A DNA stretch of 64,000 nucleotides from Lama guanicoe (lineage: Eukaryota). A model generated the notes under the pieces. The model did no database searches and was not told where the DNA came from. It was given only the letters and a program-made list of their open reading frames with translations. Of this stretch, positions 26,787-41,036 are shown in pieces. The position numbers and the translations under genes are program-made. The stretch spans positions 2,236,127 through 2,300,126 of the forward strand of contig MU053594.1 of assembly GCA_013239625.1 (NCBI GenBank), written 5' to 3'. Numbering within the stretch: position 1 is the first letter of the stretch; each line of letters opens with the position of its first letter.

Positions 26787-28218
26787 TACAGTAGGGAAGC
26801 AGCAGAAAGGATTTGGGTTTTAGGAAGATGCCTAGTGCAAAATGGAGGATTGCTTTGCATATTCTTTGGTCAACTCTATACGTTCTTTGAAACTCAGTTC
26901 CTTTGGGAAAATGTCTTGATTCCTTAAGCTTGATTTTGATGTCCTTCAGTGTGTTCCCATGATATGAGGCACATACATCTATCATAATAATGTATCATAA
27001 TTCTTGTCTTTAACTGGCACTCTCCCCCACCAAATTATAAGCTCCTTGAGGTCAGGGACCACGTCTTATCTTTGCATTCCCAGCATCTCGTACTGTACTT
27101 GGCCATGGCAGGATTTCCACAGATAGCTGGGAATTAATTAAGTAGTTAATAATAGAAGAACCTGGGGCAAGGAAATCAGTTCTGAGACTTCTCGTTGTCC
27201 ATTAGCAGAACATCCACTTTAACCCATCATATTGTCTTAATCGTTTGACAAAAGATGATACAATTTGATAATACTTTGTCTTTAATCTTTTATTTCCAGT
27301 CCCTTCCAAAAATGAAATGAAAAAGTACCGAAGAAGTTGATTTTTAATGATTTTTGCCTCACTGACTATTAGGCTCCTTTCCCCCACTAAGTTCTGATAT
27401 AAACATATAGTACCTTATAGCCTAAAGAGGGAAGGAAATGCTGACTATTTCTAATCACTTAATTTGTTTGGAGGCATCACCAAGAGTCCACAGAGGGAAC
27501 TAATGTGATCAGCAAACTCAAATGCATTGTTCTGTAATTTATGTAGAATTCCCGATAAGCCTTTTGGAGTTTGCCAATACATCCGATGATGAAAGACATT
27601 AGGCCAGACCAATCTTCTATCTTTGCTTTTATAGTACAGGAAGAGTTACAGGAATGGAATTTATCCATTAACCAAACAAAATGTTTCTATAAATCACTGT
27701 ACTAATTGCTGAGTTAAAGGCAGTGCCTGCATCAAGAAAAGCAAACATGGGATATTGCCAAGAAGAGACATGCTCAGTTGATATGACAACACCAATGTGT
27801 TTAATTGTAGCCTTTAGTCAAAATGGTTCTAGATGAGAACTCGTTTAATTTTGACTTATTATGACAGCCAATTCTATTCAATTTTTTCCTGTTCTTACAA
27901 TATTTCTGTTCTTAGAACATTGTATATGGTTTGGGGCCTTATTGGGTTGAATTGTGTGAATCCATCTTCCCCCACTTTCCTTTGATTTATTGTTCTTACA
28001 CATCCTTGGGCTTTTGCACAGACTGAGAATAGCCAAAGTTTAATAGAAATTCTTAACCTTCAATTCAAATTCTATTAAAGATTTTCCAGTTGCTTAAGCT
28101 GATACATCAGAAGTAGAACATTTTTATACACCTGTGTTAAACAAATAATTGGGATGACTTAGAAAATAATAATGAGCTTTTAATAACAATCAGATGACCT
28201 TCTGAAATATTGGCCTAC

Positions 28219-28289
28219 CTTTTGGAGATACTTTTTCTTCTCCTCAGATTCCTGAGTCTTTAGAGCTTCAGCAGTGACATCTCTACTCT
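28219..28289 (-). CDS. HOATZ: HOATZ exon 3 (KSRDVTAEALKTQESEEKKKYLQK), 71 nt
   Basis: ttttctttag| acceptor and |gtaggc donor; similar to the recalled human [24 protein letters not shown]. Confidence 0.92.
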
Positions 28290-28761
28290 CTAAAGAAAAT
28301 AAAGTCAAGTTCAATATGAAATAACGTTATCATGATTTTACAATATTGTTGATATAAGATTGGATAAAGGTTAAAAGGTAATACATAGAGCAGGAAGGTA
28401 AACACAACTACGTTCTACCTTTCAACTATGAACCAGATTTGTAAACAATTGGAGACTGAATCGATTAGGTATGGCTGCAGGGAACCTCTAACCTCTTTAG
28501 AAGATGGGTAGCCTGAGTCCAGAGACAAGAAAAGGTCTCTAAAGAGAACATACTTGCAGCATCAGAAATTCCAATTTCTACACTCCTATTCAATGTGTTG
28601 TAGGATTTTAGGCATTTTGCTCTGGATAAATAGGGTGGTCCCTGAAGCTGGGTCTTGGTATGCAATTCAGGAAGTTATGCCAAAGTGTGATATTGTATCC
28701 TTTTTATTTTCTGAAGAATCTAGGAATCAGGATGTTGAAAAGCATAAAACTTGGTACTTAC

Positions 28762-28800
28762 TGCTTTTCTCAAGGATGAAAGGCTGGACGTAACTTTTCT
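28762..28800 (-). CDS. HOATZ: HOATZ exon 2 (EKSYVQPFILEKS), 39 nt
   Basis: ttttttag| acceptor and |gtaagt donor; phase 1-1, open frame. Completes a 507-nt CDS (168 aa). Confidence 0.8.
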
Positions 28801-29223
28801 CTAAAAAATACAAAAGGGAAGTAAAGAAGTTATTGGAAAAACCACAGCATTAAAGATGTTTAAGCTTTCCATACCTATAAAAATTGCATAACAGTTTCCA
28901 CGTCTTAGGCCTTACAGGTCAGGGAACTTGGTTTTTTAATGTTGACTCTGCCTTCAACTTTCTCTACGGCTTTCACGTTTGAACTCAATTATGTGAACAA
29001 CCATTCTTAGTATCCTGTCAGCCAACATGTAACATTTGCCCAGATTATGCTATACCGTTAAGCCAAACAGATGTCATAACTCAAGGGATATTTTAAGATG
29101 TATTTTTAGATGCAACAAAGATATGTCTGATCCTTTTTGGGTGGAAGGATTGCTGAGAAGGTTTAAGAGCAATTTGTATAGGGCGTTAGCCATCTGCAAT
29201 GAAAGATTCTTATTTTAGAATTA

Positions 29224-29616
<393 letters not shown>

Positions 29617-30862
29617 CTAAATTGGCAACAACTTAGGCCGGAAGCCTTCAGTTTCCTCGGTGGAGGTGGTTGTTCAGCGCGCGCTTGTGGGCCACCTGAA
29701 GCGCACTTCTGCAGTGATCACAGGCTTCGGGACCAGTCCAAGCCTTGGAGTCGAGATAAGAGTCAAAACATCAACCCGGGGGGTGTTGTCCTGTTGGGAG
29801 TCAGTGGGGAAGCATTTTAGCTCTCTTATATCCTCAGTCAGCCTTCTACCGACCTCCGCCTCCACCCGCCTCCCCCGCCCCGCCCAGCTTCCTTTCTCCG
29901 AAATATATCTAAATAAAGCTTTCAATTCCTTAGCCCCACCGCCCCAGTCCCCTTTGCACACCAGATTGCTCTGGCTCAGCACCTACTATGGGGAAGTTCT
30001 GGGCCTGCACACGTTGGAGAATTCACTACGGTAGCTAACATCCTGCCTATGGGAGCTAAAGGTGTGAACTCCGCTGATAGGTACCCCTGTTAGCGTTTTT
30101 GTTATACATTTCCCCCTCCGAATCCTTTAAAACCAATCTTACAGAAAGAAGCTCGATTTAGAGTGTAATGTCACTCTCAGTCCCACTAAAAGTTGCTCAG
30201 ACTTCGTTGTAAATGATTACTTAAAAGAAATACATCTGATGAGTACTCAGTTCCTTCATGAAAAATACACTAGAAAAAATGTGTTAATGCCTTCTTATAA
30301 CAATATTAACAAGTGTGCATGCACAGCTTTCCTGGGAGATTGTTAATCTAGGAACAATTTAACCGTTTCAGTGTTAGGGAAGTCGTAATTACTGTGGCAG
30401 GAATTGAGATGCATGTCATAAAACCAACTTAGGAAAGGAAATGGACACACGGTAATAATCACAATTTAGTTTCCTTAGTGTCTTATAGTTTTCATAGTGA
30501 CCTCATGGCACTATTTTTTCAAGATATTAATACAGCCTCACAGATAATTCAAAAGTTGCTAATCACAAATCTATACAATGACAGCTCAGGAAAATATCCT
30601 GTTCCCTAATATATCTGAAAAATTTTTGGTTCAGAACCTGAATACTGAAAAATTGTATATAAAGAGACACATAAGATATATTACATACATTGTATATTTA
30701 GCAACCAAAATGTTGACTTCTCTCTTGGCTGAGCAATGAGAAATAGGCAATGGGTGATATTAGCGAATGCCAATCCCCAACCTTCACTTCCAACCCACCC
30801 CCAAATACACACATTCCCAAACACCTCAATATGCACAGGCAGCTCATCTGGTTGAATTTCCA

Positions 30863-30939
30863 GATCTTTTTACCTGGCCGTGTGGTTAGTGATTGGTACT
30901 ATCAGCAATCAGCTAACTACACTGCCTAGTAACTAGACT
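30863..30939 (-). ncRNA. MIR34C: pre-miR-34c (5p 30905-30927 AGGCAGUGUAGUUAGCUGAUUGC; 3p 30873-30894)
   Basis: Mature miR-34c-5p and -3p sequences recognised in a hairpin. Confidence 0.98.
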
Positions 30940-31179
30940 CACAGAAAAAATAAAGGTTTATCACAAACTGCAGTCTCAGGTTGGTGCCCCTTATGTTGTG
31001 ATAGGCAAATCATTGATTCAGTTGTAGTTCACTTTAGTTGATTGGTTGGTGAATACGCTACTACATAATAAAAAAGAGGTGCAATAAATCACAGCATACA
31101 GCATTAAACGTTACATAGGGGGTTCCAGCCAGCAATTTCAACGTCTTAAAGCCATTTAACACCACAGATTTCGCTTTCC

Positions 31180-32090
31180 TTAACATGCGATCGCACAATC
31201 TTGCATTTACCCCTAGAGATAGTTAACAGTGTAACTGTATCTAGAATCAGCAGCCCGCCGGAGTTTGCAGAGGCTACTCGCACGTTGACAACGTGCTCGG
31301 CCAGCAGCGCTAAATGCTGACGCATCAAATCTCGAAGCGCAGCCGGCTCCTCTCAAACGCTCGGCGTCGGCGGTTTGCCGCAGAGGGTGGCGTCTTCCTC
31401 GCGGCGGGGCGGCGGGTGATGCTGTGCCTTGTTTTGATGGCAGTGGAATTAGTGATTGTAAGCACCAGAGTACAATCAGCTAATTACACTGCCTACAAAC
31501 CGAGCACCGGGCGCCAGTGGGCTGCAGCTCCCGGACAGTCCGCAGCGCCGACGCGGTGTCCCCGAGCGGGCTGGTCGCAGGATCGGGCCCGCCGCGGCCC
31601 CACATTTCATCCGGGGCGATGCCCGACAGTGCCTGGGCGCGAGGGCCAGGGCGACCGTCCCCGGAGGACGCCTCGCAATCCCCGGGGACCCTTGCTGGTC
31701 CCCGCGGACTCCCCGCGCACACTTGGCACCGTCAGCGCGCGGCGCTCCAGGGGGATCTGCACCCCCAGTTTCGGGCCCCCCCGGCCCGGGTGACTCCCGG
31801 GGGGCGCCCGGCCTGCTGGTTTCACTTGGGCCCCGCCTCCCCCCTACCCTCCGCAGCCTCCCGCGGCTCCCAAGGGCCCTCCAGCTCAGAATCGCTTCCC
31901 TTCTCTTTCCCCTTGGCTTTCTCGGCTCGGCTCCCACCTCCTTCACCCACCTCTTGGCCCGCCCCAGAAAACTTCTGTTCCCAGCCCAAACCCTAGAGCC
32001 GGCTCTCTCAACCCCGTGCGCCCCGCAGCCCCGAGTGGCCGAGTGACCGTGGCCGTGGCGGGCCAACCGCCCTTGGAACCCCGCGGACCA
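31180..32090. promoter_or_regulatory. CpG island: bidirectional miR-34b/c - BTG4 promoter region
   Basis: High GC and CpG density between divergent units; this arrangement is established in human. Confidence 0.8.
31424..31507 (-). ncRNA. MIR34B: pre-miR-34b (5p 31472-31494 AGGCAGUGUAAUUAGCUGAUUGU; 3p 31436-31457)
   Basis: 84-nt hairpin GTGCTCGGTTTGTAGGCAGTG...CCACTGCCATCAAAACAAGGCAC with the miR-34 seed GGCAGUG. Confidence 0.98.
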
Positions 32091-32238
32091 GGAGACAGAG
32101 GCACAGATCTTGACAAGTTTCTTTTCCTGATTTGTCAGGAGAGATGAAGAGCTCCTTCACCCCTTCCCCCTCCCCAAGAAGCCCCACAAGTCCACCCAGT
32201 TTTCTTGCCCAACCCCATCAGGGAAAACAGCTTGGCAG
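32070..32238 (+). other. BTG4: Probable BTG4 non-coding first exon (start approximate)
   Basis: Lies at the edge of the CpG island and ends in a GGCAG|GTACCA donor; inferred from the human gene layout. Confidence 0.4.
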
Positions 32239-34130
32239 GTACCAGATTGTAGGCTCGTATCTTCTAAATGGACATGGGCCTGGGTATCCTGTGATATGCA
32301 GGAGGACTGCCTTTGAGGTTCCATATGCACCCTTGCAATCCCCTTGGGTTCTCTTATACTCTCGGAGCGTCTAGTCAGAGTGAGCAGCCAACTCTTTACT
32401 TAGGTCAAAGTGTGGCCCTCTGGAGATCAGGACCACAGTTTTGTTCACTCTAGGTCAGCTTTAGGCAAAACTGTGCCTACTTCTAGCATTTATTTATTTA
32501 AATACCTGGTGTATGTTCAGCACTTAAGGTCATTCCTTCTATGTTCCCTGTGTACAATCTAGGCGGTAACACAAGTGAACATACATTATTTCCCATTCGA
32601 GATAGTATATAATAAATTACTAAACTGGGTAGAAATAGAAGGGGGCCGTGGGGGGTGGGGCATGGAGGAGGTGGCACTTCAAGGTCCTTGAAGCAAGACT
32701 AAATTTGGATGTTCAGGGTGAAGGCTGTGGAGGTCAGAGAAACAATGTCTTGTTACCAGTTTCATTTTCTTATTCTCACAGTTGCACATTTGATGATGCA
32801 GATTTGTTTATGTGTGCTTGTGGAGTAGATTGGGCAAAGAGGATAGCTGGGATTGCTGGGAAACCTCTAGTAATAATTCTGTCCTTTGTTACTCCTTCCC
32901 CTCTTTTCCTTCAATGAGTGAATCAGATGGGGATAAAGAATATTCTCTGATCACACCCTTTGTAGAACTCAGTTGGAAGTATTCCTCCCCCCACCCCAAT
33001 ATGGTCTTCAAGTGCCTAATACATGGTACTTATTGTGGGTCCCAAAAGCTTAGTTCTAAATTATTTTCCACAAAGGAAAACCTCCCAGCTATAGATTGAT
33101 TCCCTAAACCCAGCAAGTGGTCTCAGAGATGCCACTGTAACATGCACAGGTACAGGTGACCTAGATCATTCAACACAAATTCCAAACGCACACCATTAAA
33201 ACACCAGAAGAACTTCTCAAGGATGAGTTTGAGTGAGTTACAGCGTTATCTTTGAATATGAAAGACAGTACTTTTTTGTTGTTGTTAAATGCATCATTTG
33301 TTCTGTGAACACCAAAGTGAAGGGTAAGAAACCAAAGTGAAGTATACAATGTACAGTAGAGAAAACATTAATTGTAAAAATTAACTTGTAATGTTAAATT
33401 GCAAAAGGCAAGTCATTTACGACTAACTAGAATTTGCATTTCATTGTATCTTTGGGAGAGGCACAGCATTGTAGAATACATCCCATAAATCCCTCACAAT
33501 CCTTTTCCATGTACAGGATACCGAGTGTATCAGGCAACATGCTGTAATCAGACGTCATTAACCTCTGAGCTCTCTAGAGGTAACGTAGAGCCAATTTTGT
33601 ATTTTATAGTTAAATATACATATATAAATAAAATCAGGAATGAAATAACCTCCATTCCATTAGCAATATGCAGGCTTATAAGTCTCAGGACATAGTTACA
33701 AAAACAATTCGGTTCTTTCAAATTGTTAGTTATTTTTACCCAGTACAATATTTAATACCTCTTCCTGATTGATGTCTTACGGTTATTAGTTCCATCTAAC
33801 ATGTCTTACCTGAGTTGAATTGCTGCCATCCAAGGCAATGGTTGCAGTAGATGCTTTGAAATTTAGATTTTTAAAGCTTTTCTTCAAAGATCATTAAAAA
33901 AAGAAAGAAAACTCATATATAAAAGCCATCAATATACATTGCCTCCTGAAATAAGATTTTTAAAATGCCGTTTATTTTGTAGGTGGCACAATTAAAAAAT
34001 TTAAAATAACGAGAAAAAATATGTGTGGCCTGGTTCTGTCTAAAAAAAAAAAAGAATGCTTGTCCCTGGGGTTGCTGTTGGTTTGGCCTACAGTTACTAG
34101 AGAAACTCCAAGGATCTCATTCCCTTTATG

Positions 34131-34150
34131 GTTCATGTCTAGACATGCCT
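34131..34150. promoter_or_regulatory. Candidate p53 response element GTTCATGTCT-AGACATGCCT
   Basis: Two adjacent RRRCWWGYYY half-sites with no spacer and both CATG cores; one is perfect, the other has 2 flank mismatches. About 2.6 kb upstream of miR-34b. Confidence 0.65.
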
Positions 34151-35349
34151 GGAGACCAGGGAGACCCATGATTTAATCCAAGTAAGAATGCTTGGGGTGT
34201 TTTAAATGCTCACACAGAAGATTGCATTTGTTTTAGACAGCATCAGGAAGGTACCTCTCAGGGCAATTGTTTACTGTTGTATTTAATTTCTGGGCATTTG
34301 GTGATTAGGGAGATGAGGAAGGCACGCTAAGGAAAGGAGGGGCGATAGGTCGTTAGGAAGAAACCAAGAAGAGTGTAGACAACAAACACTTTCTGCTTTA
34401 GGTTTGGCAAATTTGTATTGGCTAAATTTACCACTCCTAGATTAAAAACTAGAGTGATAGGAGTTGGGAATTTACAAAGGATGGAGACAACTTATTCTGT
34501 GGTTTCAACACACACAAACACATCGTCTGAACATTTTCTATCTTCCATAGCTTTTGTTAGGGAGGATGGAGTGAAGAATCAGACTGGTGAGACATTATCG
34601 GCGTTTAGAGCTTCTTTTTGAAACTTTTTTAAATGCATGCTTTCTCTTAGGAAATATAAAACCATGTTTTGATTTTTATGTAGGTCAATAAATGTCACAT
34701 TACCTTATTCTCATTCCTGATACTACATCTAGGAACTAGGTTATATGTTGAAGCAGACTGGATTGAAGTCAACTTGGAGCCTTTGAAGAACTAAAACTCA
34801 GTGACTCTGTTTCATTATGAGAGGAGATTTTCTTTCAAGCTTAAGTGAACCGCCAACAATTTTTCTAATTTAATACTTCGGATTCCATTTCATTGTACCT
34901 TCATTAGTAGGAGTGCATTAGATTCTTAATTAGCTTGGTTTCCATTTATTGATTAATCAATACTGTTGCTTTCCACATGAAACTGTTAATTTAATCTATC
35001 TTTTAGTACATCAGAAGCCATCTGAAAAATAAGTTTCACAATGAAAGTTGCTTGAGCTCTTAGCTATGATTTAGCAGCAGGAGCAAACTTGTTGCATATT
35101 TACCGTATTTAGAGAACACAGTTTAGGGATCTATGGTCTAGTCAGAGAGGCAGACAATTTGTATACACAGATAATTAAGATAGTTCTAGTATATTAATTT
35201 TATTGATACATGCACTGTAATAAGTTATATATTATTCGTATATTTATATAATAAATAATTATTTTAAGTACCAAGATGGTTAGATTAACAGGTGCTTCAA
35301 GACTCCCAAATACTAATGAAGCTTTATTATTGCCAGCATTTAGGAAAAA

Positions 35350-36340
35350 GGAAAAGGAAAATCACCGAAGATTGGGACATGGAGAAGGCTGTATGAAAAA
35401 TATGGGCTCGAGCTGGGTTTAGAAGGAAACGTAGAACACAGTAGATAAAGGGAGAAGATGGAGAGTGGATGTTCTCAGTGGCAGGAGCAATTTATGAAGG
35501 AAAAACACCAGCAAACTCATGGAGACTGTAACGTCCACAGCTAACGAGAGGGCAACGAGTGCGTCCCCAGTGGGAAAATAAAATTAGAGAGTCAGGTAAG
35601 TAGGCAATAGATAGTGGAGGACTTTGGATGTTAGGCCAGGGAATTTTAATCTCATTCTTCTGTCTGAGGGGACTATGATTTATATGATGTGTTGTTTTGT
35701 GGAGATGAATGAAGTGGCATAGATTAGAAGAGGCAGAGAGAGGAGACAAAGTCCATTTAGGAGATAATTTTAATAGCCTAGGTGTGGAGCTGTGTAGAAA
35801 ATATGATATGAATGAAAGAGACTTTGTGAAGACTTCACAGGACTTGGTGACTGGTTACAGCGAACAAGGAGAGATCAAACTTAACCTCCGGGTTTCAGTG
35901 ATGAATAGAGATGCTGGGAGGCAGATCTAGTCAGAGGAGGATTATGATGTATTTAGGTTTAGCTGTGTTTAGCTGTGAGTAATGGAAGGACATCGTAGTG
36001 GTGTTAGGTATTTGGAGCTGGACCGCTGGAAAGAGGCTGAAACTGAAAGGAGAGATTTAGTAGTTTTCTGAAGCTGTACTGGTTGAAGTTACAAGGATAA
36101 GTGAGATCTCCAAGAGAGGCACATTGTCTTATTTTTCATTGAGCCTCGAGCACCTGTCCACTCCGGACAGACTGGGTGCCTATCAGCAATGTGCTGTTCT
36201 TGCACAGAGAATAGAACGAGGAAAGCGGGAGGTTCAGGACCAACTTTGGGAGCATCTGCTTCCTATTTAGGGGCTGGCAGGGGGAAGTAAACCTTGAGAG
36301 GAGATAGTCCGCAAGGAGAAGCAGAAGAGAGGACTCACAG
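35350..36340 (-). mobile_element. Degraded L2 fragment(s)
   Basis: Purine-rich antisense-L2-like sequence (GGACTTTGGATG..., GGACTTGGTGACTGG, GAGATTTAGTAG). Confidence 0.5.
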
Positions 36341-36355
36341 AAGCCGTGCTGTTTT

Positions 36356-36687
36356 TTGTTTGTTTGTTTTAATTGAAGTATAATCAGTTTACAATGTTGT
36401 GTCGATATCTGGTGTACAGTATAATGCTTCCATCATCCATATACATACATATATTCGTTTTCATATTCTTTTTCATTATACGTTACTACAAGATATTGAA
36501 TATGCTGTGTTATACAGAAGAAACTTGTTTATCTACTTTATATACAGTAGTGTGTATTTGCAAATCTCAAACTCTCAATTTATCCCTTCCCACCCTGGCA
36601 ACCATAAATTTGTTTTCTATGTCTGCGAGTCTGTTTCTGTTGTGTAAGTAAGTTCAGTTGTGGTTATTTATTTATTTATTTATTTAT
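36356..36687 (-). mobile_element. 5'-truncated L1 3' end with TSD
   Basis: T-tail then AATTGAAGTATAATCAGTTTACAATGTTGTG; TSD AAGCC(G/A)TGCTGTTTT at 36341-36355 and 36688-36702. Confidence 0.8.
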
Positions 36688-39600
36688 AAGCCATGCTGTT
36701 TTAAACAGGGTCATAGACGCATGTGAATTCAAGGGAGAATGCTGCCTCGCCACCACCACATCACAAGGTGAGGTCAGTGGAATGAGCCAGAGGGCAGGGG
36801 ATGACCCACTGGCTCCACCGGGAGGTTTGTGTCAGGGCTTGATCCAGTGAGTCAGTCAAGGGGCAATGAACTTCTCTAGGCTGTTCGTCAGCAGATGAAC
36901 TTTCCCGACTGCTTCTCACCACTGATTAACCTCTGTCACCGCTCCAAGAAACCTCAGGTGGATTTTCAAGGTTTTTAGAGAGAATCTGAGAATTTTAGGG
37001 ATCCAGTATACTCAACAAATTGTCTGGGTGCACAAAGTGAAGAAAGTCTGTTCTCCTCAAGAGGTCTGTGAAACCAAAAGAAGGAAAATGAGAGGTTATC
37101 TTGTTTATTCATTTACGAGAATGAAAGTACTTTAAAAATGCCATTCTCTAAAACATCATTCTGTGTCTACTTATCCTTTTTCTTCTTGTCTATCTTTTTT
37201 ATTGAAATGTAGTCAGTTACAATGTTGTGTCAGTTTGTCTAGTTATTCTTGTTTTAATTTTTATTTTCCCATTTGGTACTTAAGTCTTTTTTTTTCCTAG
37301 GCAGAATTGATATTTTTTAGTTTTTAAAAATCAATAACTCTCATTTGTTATCTTTCTTTCCTCAACATCCATAGAGTATCTCTCAAGGGTTTCATCACGC
37401 TTACATTTAGTCAAGTTCATTTGGTTCTTCTCTTTTAGCTCATCTATAGCTTGTTTAAATCACAAGCTCAAATCCTACTTCCTGGGGAAAATCTTCCTTG
37501 GTGCCTTTAGTTCACCCTGACAGTTCTCTTGTCTAACTCTTTGCGCTCAATATATTCACTCCACGATTTGTATCTTCCATTAGTAAGATAGTATTATTAT
37601 CCAATACTCAAATTGCATTTTGAAATCAGCATTTTATTATAATAGTAGAGAGGGCTGTTATATATAACACACATTTATTACTTTAGTACAGAATATTGTA
37701 CATAAGTTTTCTCATACCCTGAATTATTTTTAGTGCATCACTTGGTTTCCAACTTCATGCATGAGATAATATATATGTATATATATATATATGTATTTTG
37801 TGCCCTCTAGCACAATGCCACTTACCATTATGTGTGCTCAATAACACACATGGAAAATACAAATAAAGTAGGAAAAAGTCTTGTGGTAAATAAAACACTT
37901 GTATGGTAACTATATGAAGAAGAGGAATCATATAGTTTAAAATTCATTTAGTTTATCAGTGAATGAGTTTCACTTAGTAGATTAGGGAGCTCTAAATTTA
38001 ATTTCTTTTGGATTCAAATTAATATTACATGAGCAGAATTTTATTAGGTAACATTTTGGCATATGTAGTTCTTTTTAACAATTAATGTGACTTCCTTTGG
38101 ATGTGGTTTGAATATAATGGAAGTGAGTTCATGTGTAGGTTTTAGGATAGTTTGTTGCTTTAGAAAATGGTGCAATTTAGTTGCTATTGTCAAGAAAAAA
38201 TACCCTTTTTGTCAGAAGTGGAATTTTGGCTAAAACATCTACATTTTTCTCCTCATCAGCAATGATGTGCATTTGCAAAAGGATGGATGAGCCTCTGGAT
38301 GTAATTTGCAACTTAAGGAAGGGAAACTAATGAAATCAAATAGGTCTGATTTGAAGGCTGGCTATGACATCCAAAGCCCAGTCAATTTAATGTTCAATTT
38401 AGATGATATTTAAAATTATTTTGCCTATTTTAATCACATATGCATAAATAATTTCATTTTATAGCTGAAGTTTAGCTAAGATTAAGAAGACACATGTAGA
38501 GTCAGATTTTCAAGGTAAATCTTTATTGGTGAACCTTTGGGCTTAAAGATACCTTAGCGACCAAGCTGAATTCCCCTCATGTTAACATGAAGATATGCAA
38601 TTCTGGAAACTGTTACTTTCTACCAAGTCATTTTGGTCACATTCATGTTTGAAAACATGTGAATCTGTTTCAGACTTAGTAAGAAGGTAAAATATTTCTT
38701 TTTTTTCTTTAGAAGGACAGGATTTTCTTTAATTGAAATATAGTTGATTTACAACAGAATAGTAGTTTCAGGCGTCCAGCTTAGTGATTCAGTATTTTTT
38801 ACAAATTATATTCCATTAAAAATTATTACAAGATAATGGCTATCATTCCCTGTGCTGAACAATATATCCTGTTGTATAAGCAATAAGGATATATTGCATC
38901 TATGTTACACGTAGTCATTTGTATTAAAATATGCGTTTGATCCTCTCCTTTCTGTTCTTCATCCATGTTCTGAATGACCAGAAACCTCATGTATCCACTG
39001 TTTTCTGTGATGCACACCGCCCCCACCCCCTGCCCCCAGCCAGGCTTTCTCTGCTTTTCCAAACCTCTCCAGACAGAACGTTATTGTTTTGTTTTACTTT
39101 GTATAACCCATCTGACATTTTCGAAAGGAAATCCTGGAAAGACAATGTCTGTTTTTTTTAACACCTTTATTATGTTATGATTCCTATACATTAAACTACA
39201 CATATTTCAGATGTACAGTTTGATGAATTTGAATAGGTGTAAAGACAATGTCTTAATCAAGGGAATAAATGTCTTAGAATGGGAATTGTAGATATTACAT
39301 AAAAAAAAGTGGCAGAATGGTTTTTTTTGTCTTCAAAACTCCATTCTATTTAAATATGGGGTTGGCTTAGGATGACTGGGACTGAAACTTCTGCTAAATT
39401 CTAACATCCTTTCAATGGACATTACTACTTGGGTGTTTAATTGCCATCAAGCATTCAGTATACCTCAGTTGGAACCAACCAAGGGTTACATGGGCTCTTC
39501 TGCTGAACTCAGTTATTTCAATGATGACATTATTGTCTTGGTTACTAATGCTTGAAACTTGAAGTAATTTTTAGTATTCCATTTCTCAAACTCTGCATCC

Positions 39601-41036
39601 AAATGGTCATGTGTATATATCGGATTTCTTTCTCTAGGTCATAAACCTCTTGAAAGAAAAGCTGAAATTTGTTTAAGCCCACAGCACTTAGCAGTATCTA
39701 ATATATAGTACATATTCAGGAAATAGTTGCTGAAATCACTGAGTAAATGTTCATTTTAGCAGAAGGGAGAGTTGCCATCAACGTGTAGGAGGTGATTTAA
39801 ATAAGATGTTTACAATCATCATAGACAAGTAACTGAAGGAAGTCTCTCATGATGTTTAGTTTCTATTTGATTGTTCTTTCCTGAAATCTAAGTACATTGT
39901 TATTCTACTGTTTCTATTCATAACCTCCAAGGCCTGCCTGGACCTGTTACAGAAAATAATGCTAGGAAAGCATTCAAAGCCACCAGCAAATGTGTTTCAT
40001 GGACTCAAAGTGCAATAGAGTGGTATATCATCTGGGAAGGTGACATACTGAAAGCATTATTAAACACCTGGCACTATTTTAATATTGTAAATGCAAACAC
40101 AAAGCATTTGAAAAGGAAAAAAATTGTGTATGTGCTAATGTATACATTGCCTTTAGTTCTGAAGAAAATTTTATTTCAGCAGTATATGAGTAGTTGTCCG
40201 GATTTTCAGTTTTGTTACTTCTAATGTAAATTCTGAAAATAATCTTTGCAAAAGTTATCTTGGCAAAGGCTAGAAAAGATGAGAATAAATGATGCAACTT
40301 GGTCGTAATTGTCTTTGTTAAGCTTAAGGCATCCCTAAGCAATCAAAAGTATAAAATAAAAATCTCCTTGATAGCTAGGAGATATCTATGTTAATGAGAT
40401 TCCACTTTTGCTGCACATCAGGATCACGTGGAAGTCTTTTTAAAAACTCCTGGTGCCCAGGTTGCAGCCATCCCAGTTAAATCAGAATGTCTGGAGGGTA
40501 GGAGCCAGGCATCAGTATTTTAAAAAGATACTCAGGTGATTCTAAGTGCAGCAGTTTGGGGACCCCCACCATGGAGTAAGGGGAATGAGAAGCTGAAATA
40601 CGTCACATAGAGCGTAAGTGGAAGGACATTAAGGTCCTACTCTCACCTGTGTCTTATTTTCATATGTTCTGGGCTTATAATAAACACTTACTGAATTGAA
40701 TTGCACTAGCCTGATTAAATCGTGTCATTTTACTAGATATCGAGGTGCTCAGCCATCCCTTTCCATTATATGGTCCTTATATTATCATTTCTCATACCTC
40801 TTAAGCATCAACGATGTTACACTAGCCAGTGCACCTCTTAGTATTTGTCCTCCATTTCAGTTCATCACAGATGGAAGGTTGTAATCACTACACTACTCCA
40901 GCACGCCAGGAACCATCTATACCCATATTCTACCACCACTAGTCATGAGGGAGGTTTTTATTCCAGCCAACAAGAGAGGAATCCACTTCCCAAGTCCCGT
41001 CATAGAATCTGCTTCCTTAAAACATTCCTGGTACAA

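Noticed and set aside
31314..32066. ORFs of 100-196 aa around miR-34b
   Set aside because: GC-rich CpG island, low-complexity Arg/Pro/Gly translation, overlapping the miRNA hairpin.
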